Assembly: GCA_051599415.1 (NCBI GenBank)
Contig: AP039698.1
Span: 124,001 to 188,000, forward strand
Direction of reading: 5' to 3'
Source of the DNA: Savitreella phatthalungensis
Taxonomy: Eukaryota
Length of the DNA stretch: 64,000 nucleotides
Part shown: positions 10,406 through 21,074 of the stretch, one piece after another
How positions within the stretch are numbered: the stretch's first letter is position 1
Layout of the letters: every line of letters starts with the position of its first letter
The notes under the pieces: generated by a model
The model's database searches: none
Told to the model about the DNA's origin: nothing
The model's input: the letters and a program-made list of their open reading frames with translations, nothing else
Translations under genes and position numbers: made by a program

Positions 10406-12139
10406 ATGTCCTTTTTCAGGTCATGCTTCAGGCCTTGTCTCGGAGGGAGCGACAGCGCTCGGCGTCAGACTCACGGGCCTCCTGCTGATGTCGCTAAGCG
10501 GACTCAGGTCGATGGCGGCCGTGTCGGCGTCGGCACAGATGCGAGTACCATGGCGCAGCAACTCGGCGCCAGCACACATGGCTCTGTGAATCAGAGGCCC
10601 GCTGGACAGGCTACAAACTCACGCTGGACGGACTTCCTCAACAGGTACAGAAATGATCCGAACATGAGCGCAACGCGGCCTGCAGACATGCCCTCAGATG
10701 AACTCTTCCTGCGCGCCCCTGTTGGCGAAGATGAGAAGGAGCGACAGCTAGCGGTGTTCAAATACGGTATGCTGGAGGAGCAGAACCACCACGAGGGTAT
10801 TCCGGAGGACGGCACCGACCCGAGCCCGCAGAACACATCACTCTTCCGGATCTGCAATCTGGCTCGAACGCAGTTCAAGGTTAACGTTGCCCTTATCTCC
10901 TTGCTTGACGATGAATGTCAGTACTTCAAGAGTGAGAGTGGCATGGAGGCTCACGGGCTGAAGGATTTGACTCAAATCCCCCGCGACATCTCCTTCTGCG
11001 GCCACACCATCCTCAATAAAGCCCCAACCATCATCCTCGACACCACTCGGGACTGGCGGATGGCCAACAATCCGCTCGTGGCAAACCCGCCGCACGTGCG
11101 CTTCTATGCAGGAGTGCCGATCGTCGCACCGGAAGGGTATGCGCTCGGCACGCTTTGCATCATTGGGTTGGAGCCGAAGGAGAACTTCGATGGTGGCGCA
11201 AAGCTGCAGGAGCTTGCAGCCCTGGCCATGAATGAGATCCGGTCGCTATACGAGCGCAACATGGCAGAGAAACAGGCCCGCATGACGGATGTCATCAATA
11301 GCTTCCCGACCCCTCAGCAAGCACATGCTGATGCAATCGCAGCGCACGTATCATCTGCTCTTGACCTCGAGGAGGCTCGTCTACGGATGCAGCAGGGTTT
11401 CACGCCGGAGCAGCAGGCTGCTGTCCTGAAGGCCGGCAAGAACCAGGGCCTCAAGGTGGTAGCAAAGACGGGTAATTTGCAGGATAGCGCGCCCGCTACC
11501 GCTCCAGCAGTCGCTCCGCCGATCGATGGTCGCCCATCCACCGAGAGTGCCGGTCAGCGGTCCGCCACCAATACGCTGGTCAACAGCAATGGAAGCCCGA
11601 CCGTCCACGATGAGCTCGAGCTGGCAAAGCAGAAAGCAGCGGCCTCAAACAATCCATACGACCTGTCTGTGCTGCTGATTGCACAGACACTGAACCTCGA
11701 TCTTGTGTACCTGCTGGCCTTAGACGATGACCGTGCTGGCGGAATCACGACGCGCGTCGTATCTGCACATGGTCTAGCTACAGACTCAGTGTTTGATGCT
11801 GGTCTGCATTTCCGCGCGCTCAGGTCGAAGAGCGGCCTCTTGTACGTCCACCCAGATCCGGACTCGGCGTACGCTCGCGAACTTGGCACGTACATCTCCG
11901 GCATGCTTGTGCCTGTGCTCCAGCTGGCGCCGCCCGCACAGGGCGGCTACGTGCTCGCTGCCTTCACACGCAAGAAGTCTCAGATCTTTGTGGCAGAAGA
12001 CCTCAAGTTCCTTCGAGACTTTGGAATCTCGCTGATGAAGTGGCTCCTCCAAGCGGACGCGCGTGCGCTCGAAGAAGGTGTCGCTGCTGCCCACAACGCC
12101 AACAACACCAATAACGCTAGCACGACAGCATCACCCTAG
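10406..12139 (+). CDS. Stand-alone GAF-domain protein (canonical N-terminal GAF plus probable degenerate C-terminal GAF)
   Basis: PRDISFCGHTIL..DWRMANNPLV..VRFYAGVPI..ALGTLCII is a canonical GAF. The C-terminal region LIAQTLNLDLVYLL..GYVLAAFT..FVAEDLKFL looks like a second GAF fold. Confidence 0.82.
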   Translation: MSFFRSCFRPCLGGSDSARRQTHGPPADVAKRTQVDGGRVGVGTDASTMAQQLGASTHGSVNQRPAGQATNSRWTDFLNRYRNDPNMSATRPADMPSDELFLRAPVGEDEKERQLAVFKYGMLEEQNHHEGIPEDGTDPSPQNTSLFRICNLARTQFKVNVALISLLDDECQYFKSESGMEAHGLKDLTQIPRDISFCGHTILNKAPTIILDTTRDWRMANNPLVANPPHVRFYAGVPIVAPEGYALGTLCIIGLEPKENFDGGAKLQELAALAMNEIRSLYERNMAEKQARMTDVINSFPTPQQAHADAIAAHVSSALDLEEARLRMQQGFTPEQQAAVLKAGKNQGLKVVAKTGNLQDSAPATAPAVAPPIDGRPSTESAGQRSATNTLVNSNGSPTVHDELELAKQKAAASNNPYDLSVLLIAQTLNLDLVYLLALDDDRAGGITTRVVSAHGLATDSVFDAGLHFRALRSKSGLLYVHPDPDSAYARELGTYISGMLVPVLQLAPPAQGGYVLAAFTRKKSQIFVAEDLKFLRDFGISLMKWLLQADARALEEGVAAAHNANNTNNASTTASP

Positions 12140-12250
12140 ACCACAAACGCGCGCAGCAGCATCCACAGGCCACGCTGCCCGCCCCACTGCGGCCTTGCAG
12201 AATGTTACAAGAAAGAAATTAATACATAGCATGTAGCGTACGTCGTATAT

Positions 12251-13279
12251 CTAAGCGTCCCGGACAACCACATACTCCCTAGCACTCTCACCAAACTTCA
12301 GGACGTCCCCATCTCGAAGCTCCACGTACCTGCCAACAGGGACCATCTCGCCGTTGAGCGATGTGCCATTGGTGGACTCCAGATCGATCAAGTACGGCTG
12401 CACGAGCTCGCCTGCACCGTTCGAGTGCTCCGGTCGTGAGGGCGGCCCGCGGAATTGAACAACGGCGTGCTGCTTGCTACACGTCGGATGATCCAGCACC
12501 AGATCGACATCTACCACCGCCTCCTCACCAACTACCTCACCACGCCCAAGCAACCACCAACTCTTACCCCCACCACCCCACAGAGACACCGTCCCAAGCG
12601 CATCCTCACACGTACTCGGTCGAAACACCACAATCGCCCACCCATCGCTCTCGGCCGGTGTCACGGCGTCGTGCGGTGGCCGATGCTTGGCTACGGGTTT
12701 CGATGCCGACGGACGGACCTGCGGCCGATAGTCGTCGAGCGTGCGTGAGTGTGGGTGTGGTCGGTGGTCGCGAGCGCGCCTATCGGTGTCAGAGATCGAG
12801 CTGCTGGAATACCGTCTCGGGCGACGGCTTCTTCGGCCCGTAGAAGGTGATCCACTTGGGCTCGGGCTGTCTTCACGACGCGACCGTCGTCGGCGGCGAC
12901 GGGAGTGATGCCGGTCATCGTAATCCGAGCGTGATGACTCAGAACGGGGAGAATCGTCACGCCGGCGGCGCCGGTGATGCCTTCTGCTCTGACGATGTCG
13001 AGCGTAGTCGTCAGAGGAAGGAGAGTCATCCCTTCTCCTGCTTCGACTGCGACTATAGCTCCGAGTGCGACTTCTGCGCTGACGTTGACGATGCCGGCTG
13101 CTGTCGCGTCTGTCGTAGTCATCACGTTCATGAGGCCGCCGCCGATTGGAACGACGACCGTTCCGGGCATCCTCCTCGCTAGAGTATGGCGACCGTGATC
13201 GTGATCGTGAACGCCGACCGGAGCGATCCCTATGCCGTCGCTGGGAGACTGATCTCGAGATAGACCGATCGCTCGCCAT
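12251..13279 (-). CDS. PML1: RS-rich FHA-domain protein, SNIP1/Pml1 (RES splicing complex)
   Basis: Arg/Ser-rich N-terminus, then an FHA domain: LLGR..DHPTCSKQHAVVQFR..PYLIDLESTNGT..LKFGESAREYV. Confidence 0.85.
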   Translation of the reverse strand: MASDRSISRSVSQRRHRDRSGRRSRSRSRSPYSSEEDARNGRRSNRRRPHERDDYDRRDSSRHRQRQRRSRTRSYSRSRSRRRDDSPSSDDYARHRQSRRHHRRRRRDDSPRSESSRSDYDDRHHSRRRRRRSRREDSPSPSGSPSTGRRSRRPRRYSSSSISDTDRRARDHRPHPHSRTLDDYRPQVRPSASKPVAKHRPPHDAVTPAESDGWAIVVFRPSTCEDALGTVSLWGGGGKSWWLLGRGEVVGEEAVVDVDLVLDHPTCSKQHAVVQFRGPPSRPEHSNGAGELVQPYLIDLESTNGTSLNGEMVPVGRYVELRDGDVLKFGESAREYVVVRDA

Positions 13280-13527
13280 CGATCCGGGAGGACGAGGACA
13301 AGTGTATGTGCGTGTGGGTATGGACTCCGTTGTGTAAGTTTTTGTGTGAGGATCATATGAATCACATGCATGAGGTTCGATTTAGGTTGATCTGATCTGA
13401 TCAACACAGCTGGCGATGGAAAACGCCAAGAGTCCACCTCACAAGAACACTTACGCACACACCCAGACGCTTACTCTGTCTCTACCAAGACAGAGGTCCA
13501 CAAGGTTAGTCAGTTAAAGTCACAAGC

Positions 13528-14172
13528 ATGTCCTCAGAGTCACTATCCTCATCTTCATCATCACCGACATCTGCAGAGCCACCGACAGCCGCTATAGACA
13601 CAACTACCGTGCCCCCTTCGACCGATGCTTCCACTTCCGCTTCTGTTTCGGCGCCAGCGCTAGAGGTCGATCTTCCGTCAGCTCCTCAGCCTGCACGGGC
13701 AAAAGACGAGCGGCGAGCTACTTCAGTGGATATGGAGTGGATGCAGTACGCCGCCGGTACAGGCGTCTCTGTAGTTTCATCACCGTCGAAGCCTGCTAGA
13801 AAGTTATCCGGAGCAGGTCACCCCGACGATCCTTCCGTCTCTCAGTCAGTGTCCACATCGCCCAACACCTCGCACACAAAGACACGCACGACGACGAGTC
13901 ACAGCAGCAACAGCACGAGCAGCACCGGCGCTGTATGGGAAGGACATTCACGCCGGTTGAGTGAGGCGGAACTTGCATTGCTCGCCGGTGGAGACGATGG
14001 GGCAGGGGAAGGTGGAGGATCGTCGCTCGCTCAGACTGCGCAATCGTACAGGAAGCAGCTAGAACAGCTGTCAGAAACTTCCACACAGGGTCAAGGACGA
14101 CAAGGGAGTCAAGTGCTAGGTGATGATGCTGCACCCGATCGAGCTCATCATGGTGGACGTGAGCAGGTGTGA
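13528..14172 (+). CDS. Hypothetical Ser/Thr-rich disordered protein, 214 aa
   Basis: ATG-initiated ORF with coding-like composition and RRLS/RKLS basic phospho-motifs. No recognisable domain. Confidence 0.55.
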   Translation: MSSESLSSSSSSPTSAEPPTAAIDTTTVPPSTDASTSASVSAPALEVDLPSAPQPARAKDERRATSVDMEWMQYAAGTGVSVVSSPSKPARKLSGAGHPDDPSVSQSVSTSPNTSHTKTRTTTSHSSNSTSSTGAVWEGHSRRLSEAELALLAGGDDGAGEGGGSSLAQTAQSYRKQLEQLSETSTQGQGRQGSQVLGDDAAPDRAHHGGREQV

Positions 14173-14429
14173 AGAAGGGAAGATGCAGCAGGAGAAGGAG
14201 GAGGAGGAGTAGCAGCAGCAGCAGCAGCAGCAGCAGGAACAGCAGCAGGAACAGCACTGAAACGAGTAATGTACGAATTCACATGAGCGAGCCATTGACA
14301 AATGAAGCGTCCAGTGTCTGTATGAGAGAGTCAGTGCGTGACTGTACTCAGGTGGAAGATGGGGGTTTCTGATCTTGCTTTTGTCATCCACGTTTAGTCA
14401 ATTGGCTGGTTGATGACTGGCTTGGATGG

Positions 14430-14521
14430 GAGTGTGAGTGTGAGTGTGAATGTGAGTGTGAGTGTTGAGCGTGGAGGCGTATCATCTTCAACAGTTGAAG
14501 CTTGCTTGCTTGCTTGCTTGC
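14430..14521. repeat. (GAGTGT)n and (GCTT)n simple repeats
   Basis: Imperfect GAGTGT array at 14430-14465 and GCTT array at about 14499-14521. Confidence 0.8.
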
Positions 14522-14797
14522 TCTCTCTGTCTAGCTATTCAGTCAGTCAAGTCAAGTCAGGAATCAATTCAATCAAATCAATCAAACATCTAAGCTTAAA
14601 TCTTGTATCATGCACATGCACTCTCAAAAGCTCATCCACGCTTACACGTACGTACGCCAAGACACTCTCACACTCACACGCACATCTCCACCTATAAACT
14701 CTTCAGTCAAAAATCACAAGAGTCTCCTATTCTACTCAAGTTGGACTTCAAGTCCCTCGTCAAGTCCATTCCAGTATCAATTCTCATTAAATCAGCT

Positions 14798-15322
14798 ATG
14801 GACCCAGATATCGTCTTCAAAGCCGCCAACCTAGCTTCTTCAGCTCTCGTCGCCTTATCTGCACTCGCCGAGCTCTTCTCAAACGGAGGCTTCAAGCAAC
14901 TAGTCGTCACTGGGTATTTGCTAGCTTTGGCTGGAGCAACCGCTAGCCTGGAATTCACTCCACCTCATGACATTCTATCTGCAAACGCCCCATTCCTATT
15001 CAACTTTCTCGGCCGCGGCATCACCTTGATCTTTGCAGGCGCTCTCATCATCGGCACATCAGTAAGACTTCCGTTCTTTCCCCTCTATGACTGGGCAGAG
15101 ACTGACCCCATCCTCCACTAGACACTATCATATCTGGCAGCAACCATCGTCATCCTAGTTGGAATCGCCTACATCGGCTGCGCATTCCTCCCTCACATCG
15201 ACCGTCCCTCGTAAGTCAAGCTCCTCGACCCTTTTTCCACACACACAGTCACTGACATATACCCTCACAGCAATATGAGAGATCCACTGGGTGCAGACGA
15301 TGAAGTCGAAGGGATCGTATAG
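14798..15322 (+). CDS. TVP15: Golgi membrane protein Tvp15 (COPI-associated family); join(14798..15061,15122..15210,15271..15322), 134 aa
   Basis: FLFNFLGRG motif, several hydrophobic segments and C-terminal PSNMR. Two 60-nt introns (GTAAG..CTGAC..YAG) splice in frame to TAG at 15320-15322. Confidence 0.85.
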
Positions 15323-15645
15323 ATTTAGTAAATAGTCTGGAACTATCCATACATGTAGTCTCCCACTTCCTCAATGTTCTCTTCAAGACTGCCGAGATCA
15401 TATTCTCGAGCTCAGTCGGCGTTCCAAGCACGTATGGGGCGTCTTTCATAAACCTTGTCATTCCTCACGGTCTTTACCTTCGTTGCCTCTTCCGCATCTG
15501 TCACGTTGCATGTCATTCACGTCACTCTGATTGAAATCCTCAGCAAATGCACAGCATCCCACACCACACACACGACACCCCTTCATCACCTCTTCATGAG
15601 ACCTACGAGATGATACCTCTGGGCATGCAGGAGTCCCTATAGGCG

Positions 15646-17205
15646 ATGGCAAAGGATCACTACGCTGTGCTAGGCGTCAACACCGATGCTGATGATGGCG
15701 AGATCCGACGTGCTTACAGATCAGCTGCACTGCGACTTCACCCTGACCGATTTGCTCGAACGTCCGGTCACGATTCTGAGGACCGCGAAGCTCTAGAAGC
15801 ACGAAGGAACGCAGACTTCTCAGCACTCCAGCTCGCCTACGAGATCCTCTCCGACCCAAACGAGCGAGCGTGGTACGACCGCGAGCGAGAAGCACTCCTC
15901 CGCAGAGCTGCCTACACCGACGCCCTGGGAACCTCACACCTCGATGACGATCTCGTCCAGCGTGAAGACGACCGCGAAGCTGTAGGACTCTCGTCTGACG
16001 ACATCTTACGTGCGTGGGAAGGCATCAAAGCGGCCAAGTTGGATGATGGCGCTTCTGGATTCTTCACGCTGGCGAGAAAGTTGTTTGAAGGGGTTGATGG
16101 AGAGGAAGGACTAGCTGCGGTTGCTCAGGAGGTTGATCACGACCACTTGCCTGGGTTCGGGGGCAGTAAAAGCGATGGCGCTGCCGCACGCCGGTTTTAC
16201 GACAGCTGGCTTCACTTCACAACACTCAAGGAGTTCTGGTGGACGGATCGGTATCCCGATGTCCACGCAGCGCCAGATCGCAGGGTCAGACGGCTGATGG
16301 AGAAGGAGAACGGGCGGTGTAGGGCGGCAGCACGGAAGGAGTACAGCGAGACTATCAGACGCATTGTCACCTTGACTATGAAGCGCGACTATCGGTGTGT
16401 CGGTGAGGCGAGCGAGGGCGGTGGCAGGGACACTGCCGCCCAACGGACAGAACGATTGAAAGAGGCAGCCGCCGAGAAGGCTCGTCGCGACAGGCAAGCC
16501 CACCTGGACCAGCTGAAAAGCGAGGAGTACGTCGAGCAGGACTGGACGCAGACTTCTCGCGCTGCCGCGGACGAACAGATGGCAGCATTCGAGGAATTCG
16601 AAGGCGAAAACGTCGTCCACGAATGCGTCGCCTGTGACAAGCGCTTCAAGACTGAGAAGCAATATGGACAGCATGCCAAGTCAAAGAAACACCTCCAGCA
16701 GATCAAGCAGCTTCAGCGGGAAATGCGTCGAGAAGCCAGGCAACTCGGTCTCGATGAGCCAGACGTCCGAGTCAGAGATCATCACGGTGACGATCCTGAT
16801 CTCAGTGACGACTTTGCCACAGCCAGCGAGGGCGAGGATGGTGATGATTCAAAACAGCATGGGCATACCAGGCCTCGCCCCGCCGCAGTCGACGACCATC
16901 GAGCAAAAGAGCATCACTCGTCCGCACGAGACACCGCGACAGAAGGTGGAGTAGACGAAGTTGAAGAGAGCAGTCGAGATGAAGACAGCGACTATGGCCC
17001 GCCAGCAGCATTCGAGCGCCGATTAACAGGCGACGATGAGTTAGAAGATTTGGCCGATGACCTCGACATCCTCGATGTCGAAAGCGAGGAAGAGTTTGGT
17101 CATCCAGAGACTCAGCACACTGCGCAACCGCCACCACAACCATCGAAGTCGAAGAAAGCTCGACAGAAAGCAAAAGCGCGAGCCAAGTTAAAAAAGCGTA
17201 GTTGA
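15646..17205 (+). CDS. JJJ1: J-domain co-chaperone Jjj1/DNAJC21 (60S ribosome biogenesis)
   Basis: J domain with HPD, AYEILSDPNERAWYD, APDRRVRRLMEKEN and a C2H2 zinc finger CVACDKRF..H..SKKH. Confidence 0.9.
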   Translation: MAKDHYAVLGVNTDADDGEIRRAYRSAALRLHPDRFARTSGHDSEDREALEARRNADFSALQLAYEILSDPNERAWYDREREALLRRAAYTDALGTSHLDDDLVQREDDREAVGLSSDDILRAWEGIKAAKLDDGASGFFTLARKLFEGVDGEEGLAAVAQEVDHDHLPGFGGSKSDGAAARRFYDSWLHFTTLKEFWWTDRYPDVHAAPDRRVRRLMEKENGRCRAAARKEYSETIRRIVTLTMKRDYRCVGEASEGGGRDTAAQRTERLKEAAAEKARRDRQAHLDQLKSEEYVEQDWTQTSRAAADEQMAAFEEFEGENVVHECVACDKRFKTEKQYGQHAKSKKHLQQIKQLQREMRREARQLGLDEPDVRVRDHHGDDPDLSDDFATASEGEDGDDSKQHGHTRPRPAAVDDHRAKEHHSSARDTATEGGVDEVEESSRDEDSDYGPPAAFERRLTGDDELEDLADDLDILDVESEEEFGHPETQHTAQPPPQPSKSKKARQKAKARAKLKKRS

Positions 17206-17224
17206 AGTGTACTTTTAGGCGAAA

Positions 17225-18250
17225 TCAGCCAGCCTCGCGCAACGACTGATAAAGCGCCCGTCGTGTGCCCTGTAGCCGATCGAGCTTGTCCTGGAGCACA
17301 TCAGATGTCATACGAAGCTGACTGATCTCGGTCGGCGCGCGCGTCAACTTACGCAACCGGTCTTCCAGCTCTGCTTCTGTCTTACGTGTCTCCTCCAGCC
17401 GCTGCTTGGCTGCCAACAGATCTGTGAATCTCAAGTCCCTGACCTCGATCCCACCACCTCCGTCAGGCAAGCTCTCACCTGCCATCAGCGCCTCCAATCG
17501 CGTCGTCCCGCTCAGATACGCCGCAATCTCCTCCTCCACTGCAGCTTCCTGCTCCACCGTGACTCCCTCCTCAACCCCGCCATCGAGCTCGCGCAGAAGC
17601 GCATACCGATCATACGTGGAATCATCTCTGTGTCCGCGACGGCGATGAAGGGCAACTTGTCTACCGAGTGTATCTGCTGCGTTTGCCGTCTGGACCAGGA
17701 CCTCCTCTGCTGCTGCCAGCTGCTGACACTCCTCCCTCAGCCGCTCCCTCTTGGCCCGCAGCGCCGCCCGCCCCAGAAACAGAGAATCAATCGACGCGTC
17801 CACCTGCACCGTCCTCCTCCCCCTAACCTCATTCCCACCACCACCCGGATTGTGCAGCATCCACGCCACATCGTCTCCGCCACACGTCATCCCAGCACAC
17901 AAGTCATCCAGACCGCTCGCAAACGTGTGTAGCCCAGGGTCGTCGAAGGCGAGTGCTTTGGCGATGCGTGGGGCGAGTTTGTGTGCGTGGTTGGCTGTGA
18001 GGGTGGTGCGTGTTTTGATGGCTGCGAGGAGGTTGGCGTGGAGGTACTGTTTGGCTGCGATGGCGATCGACTGGGTGTGCAGCCACGGGGACGCAGTCAC
18101 GACCGCATCCGCGTACTCGACAGCCAGGTTGCCTCCCAGCAACGTCTTCACAAACGCCATCGCACCAGCCTCCGAGGCCGGATCACGCGAGCGGCCGTCA
18201 GTGTGCAGAGCCCTGACCGGAGGTATTCCCGTGGACTGTCGAGCGGCCAT
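17225..18250 (-). CDS. Hypothetical coiled-coil protein, about 341 aa
   Basis: Long ATG-initiated ORF with two heptad-rich helical segments. No family recognised with confidence. Confidence 0.65.
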   Translation of the reverse strand: MAARQSTGIPPVRALHTDGRSRDPASEAGAMAFVKTLLGGNLAVEYADAVVTASPWLHTQSIAIAAKQYLHANLLAAIKTRTTLTANHAHKLAPRIAKALAFDDPGLHTFASGLDDLCAGMTCGGDDVAWMLHNPGGGGNEVRGRRTVQVDASIDSLFLGRAALRAKRERLREECQQLAAAEEVLVQTANAADTLGRQVALHRRRGHRDDSTYDRYALLRELDGGVEEGVTVEQEAAVEEEIAAYLSGTTRLEALMAGESLPDGGGGIEVRDLRFTDLLAAKQRLEETRKTEAELEDRLRKLTRAPTEISQLRMTSDVLQDKLDRLQGTRRALYQSLREAG

Positions 18251-18851
18251 CACCTGCTTGCCTCAACGAAGCATCCGAACGGCGACAAGGATGTTGAAAG
18301 GCGAACGCGCTTTGTACGGCCCGTCGAGCTCAGAAAATATAGACACGTGATCACATCCTCTACAGACTCAATCCAGCTGACTTCCGGCCAGCAAATGCAA
18401 ATGCACGATGTACTGCGTACACGTGCTTCAACCACCGACTCACACAAAGCACATAAAGTATAGAGGTCTCACGCCGGTCCATGTCTGTGAATTCTCTACC
18501 TGACAAAGAGCGTAAGTGTGTCTCCTCTCTTCCCTGCGCCCTGCGCTGTAAAAGAGACAGAGAGAGAGAGACACGAAAAGAATCGAAAGAAGATGAAGGT
18601 CAACGGTTGTGTTGTTGAGGAGGATGTGTTTTTATATGTGACATGTTCGTTGAAAGATTGTCATGTCAGCGTTTATAGATCCAATCGATCGGCTGACTAT
18701 TTTTCTTCGTGTTGTGAGACGACGGTGCAAGCCTCGAATCGCAGACCTTTGACCTGCAAAGGTATCCGTTATGCGACCGGGGCCATTGCTTTGACTTTTG
18801 GGGTGGAGACCAGCTCCTATGACTGCCCCATCCGCGCACCTCGCACTCAGC

Positions 18852-21074
18852 TCAGTACCCGTTCCAGCGGACGACGAGCTCGATGTCGGTGGGACTTGGC
18901 CGACCGTGGACAGGCACAGAACCACGACGGTAACGCACTTCGAACAGCATGGTCTGTCCGTCGCGCATGTTGCGAACGAGATCGTCGTCCATGAGGATCC
19001 GCAGACCTGAACCGTTCTCGCGCACGCAGTGAAGGTCATCGATCGACGACGCATCACCCGCCAGCTTGATCTTGCCTAAAAGTGCACGCGAAAATGCAGC
19101 ACCTGTCAGATCCGACAGATACACGGCGAGATGTACAGCACCGACGTGCTGTTGCTGCTGCTGCTGTTGCTGCTGGCTCGGTGGGGCGGAAGCGGGTAGG
19201 ACGGGCTGTTCGAGCAAGATCGGCATTGGAGGCGGTCCGTTTGGCCACCGGAGTCCTTCGTCGGACATACTCGGGGACCCGAGCGATAGAGGCGGCGACG
19301 CGTACTGACCATGAGATGGACTAACACGCGACCCGCCGGGCAGAGAGATGGGCGCTGCCAGCAGCGCCATCGTCAGCTGACCGACAGGTTGCACGTACAC
19401 TACCTTGGCTGGTCTGAGTTGCTGGTGAGCAGGCTGTAATCTGTAGGCGCGATCAACTCCGGATGCGACGATCGATTTGCCTGTAGCGTCAGGAACGACC
19501 GATGGGCCAGGCTGGACATGTTGGCGATACGGCTGCTGCTGCTGCTGCGGTGGGGATAGACTCGTCGACCTGCCGTCACCGAGACGGCCACTAGTGCGTG
19601 AGTATGCGGCGGCCGCAGCCGCGATCGCAGCATTGGACCCGGTAGCGGAGGAACGAAGATCGTCAGTGCGCAGACCGGTGTGAGACGAGGCTGATGATTG
19701 CTGACCCTGTTGCTCGTCAATAGCACCTATTGGGTCGGTCGGATCGATCGTCATGTCAACCATGGGCTCGAGCGGGAGATCGAGGCTGGTTGAAGCACGT
19801 GAGGAATGCAGCATGGCTTCGAGCTGAAACAAACGATTGCGGCTGTCAGCTGCACCTGTCGCCGCAGCCATGAGGCTTTCGTCTGAACTTCCTGAATTGG
19901 CACGCTCCCGCTTGGTGGCGGCACCCATGGCCACTTCCGAGTCACGCCGCCGGTGACCGTAAGACGACACTGGTCTTTGCTGGCCGGCCGTCGCGCCCTC
20001 GAGCCCACTCTCGAGCTTTGAGATGGCCTTCTTCACATGCTGAGTATCATTTGACGACTTCCGCTCAGCGCCCTTGTCTCGGAAGAGTTTGATCAGACAG
20101 GCGGCGCCGTCCAGCGGCTGGCCTGGTGAGCTGACACGTTCAGTCTGAATGGCGAGGCGAAGGGTGACACCGCGTACACCCTTGGAATGGGAGAAGTCGG
20201 TAGACAGGAAGTGACAACGAACAGCGACGATACACGTCGTCCCTTTCGCATCCCCACTCCACTCTATTGTGAAGCCATCGAAGGACTCGCTGACAAGCTT
20301 CGGTACTGCACACTGGACTTTCTGTCTGGCAAAATTGGCAACTGATGTGTTGGTCGCTGCCAAGTCACACTCGATTGCGCGGACCTTGTCGGCGCTTCGC
20401 TCGAGCGCTTCCGCAAGCCCACGACCGTCGCGCCACAGACGCCAGTATCCGGCGATCCGCTCAGCGGAATCATGCTCGTCGAATAGTACCTTGACTGTGG
20501 TCCGATAGGTGCACTCTTCCGGCCTGAGCTCGCCGATTGAGAGCACGTACGCTTGCGACTTGTTGAGATACGTCAAAGGGATCTCATCAGCGCTTTTGAC
20601 CATTGCAGTAGCGGCGTGAAGCGTCGACTTGAAGTGGGCATACGACCGTGGTGCTGCCGGAAACGGAGCTGTCAGCGCCCAGGGCTCGTGCCATTGCATG
20701 AGGTCCGTCGTGTTTGCCTGCACAGACTCGGGCATGGCAGCGGCAACGGCTGCTGCTGCGGCTGCAGCTGCTGCGTATTGGTTGTACACGGGACTGGACC
20801 GGGTCTGTGGCGCGTGAGCTTGGACTGGAAGTTGAGCTTGAGCCTGGGCGAGTCGCATGTCGATGGACCCCGTCACAACAGGCTGGGAAGGCACGATGAA
20901 CGGCGGCGTGCCTGCCTTGGCATCGTCAAATCCGACATAAAGGTCGTCTAGACCATCCATGGACGCTGCCTCGGAGAAGAAAGACATGAGAGGAGTTCCT
21001 GGCGAAGATTCTGCCGCTATGTCATTGGCGTCCTGCTGTGTCGCGGAGTCTGCTGGAGATTTGGCGGTAGTCAC
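18852..21074 (-). CDS. Grainyhead/CP2-family transcription factor (5' end uncertain, upstream exon(s) likely)
   Basis: EIPLTYLNKSQAY, FLSTDFSHSKGVRG and IKLFRDKGAERK are CP2/GRH DNA-binding motifs, and the C-terminus has ILMDDDLVRNM. The track start is a GTG. The frame stays open up to a TAG at 21114-21116 that may be a splice acceptor. Confidence 0.88.
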   Translation of the reverse strand: MTTAKSPADSATQQDANDIAAESSPGTPLMSFFSEAASMDGLDDLYVGFDDAKAGTPPFIVPSQPVVTGSIDMRLAQAQAQLPVQAHAPQTRSSPVYNQYAAAAAAAAAVAAAMPESVQANTTDLMQWHEPWALTAPFPAAPRSYAHFKSTLHAATAMVKSADEIPLTYLNKSQAYVLSIGELRPEECTYRTTVKVLFDEHDSAERIAGYWRLWRDGRGLAEALERSADKVRAIECDLAATNTSVANFARQKVQCAVPKLVSESFDGFTIEWSGDAKGTTCIVAVRCHFLSTDFSHSKGVRGVTLRLAIQTERVSSPGQPLDGAACLIKLFRDKGAERKSSNDTQHVKKAISKLESGLEGATAGQQRPVSSYGHRRRDSEVAMGAATKRERANSGSSDESLMAAATGAADSRNRLFQLEAMLHSSRASTSLDLPLEPMVDMTIDPTDPIGAIDEQQGQQSSASSHTGLRTDDLRSSATGSNAAIAAAAAAYSRTSGRLGDGRSTSLSPPQQQQQPYRQHVQPGPSVVPDATGKSIVASGVDRAYRLQPAHQQLRPAKVVYVQPVGQLTMALLAAPISLPGGSRVSPSHGQYASPPLSLGSPSMSDEGLRWPNGPPPMPILLEQPVLPASAPPSQQQQQQQQQHVGAVHLAVYLSDLTGAAFSRALLGKIKLAGDASSIDDLHCVRENGSGLRILMDDDLVRNMRDGQTMLFEVRYRRGSVPVHGRPSPTDIELVVRWNGY

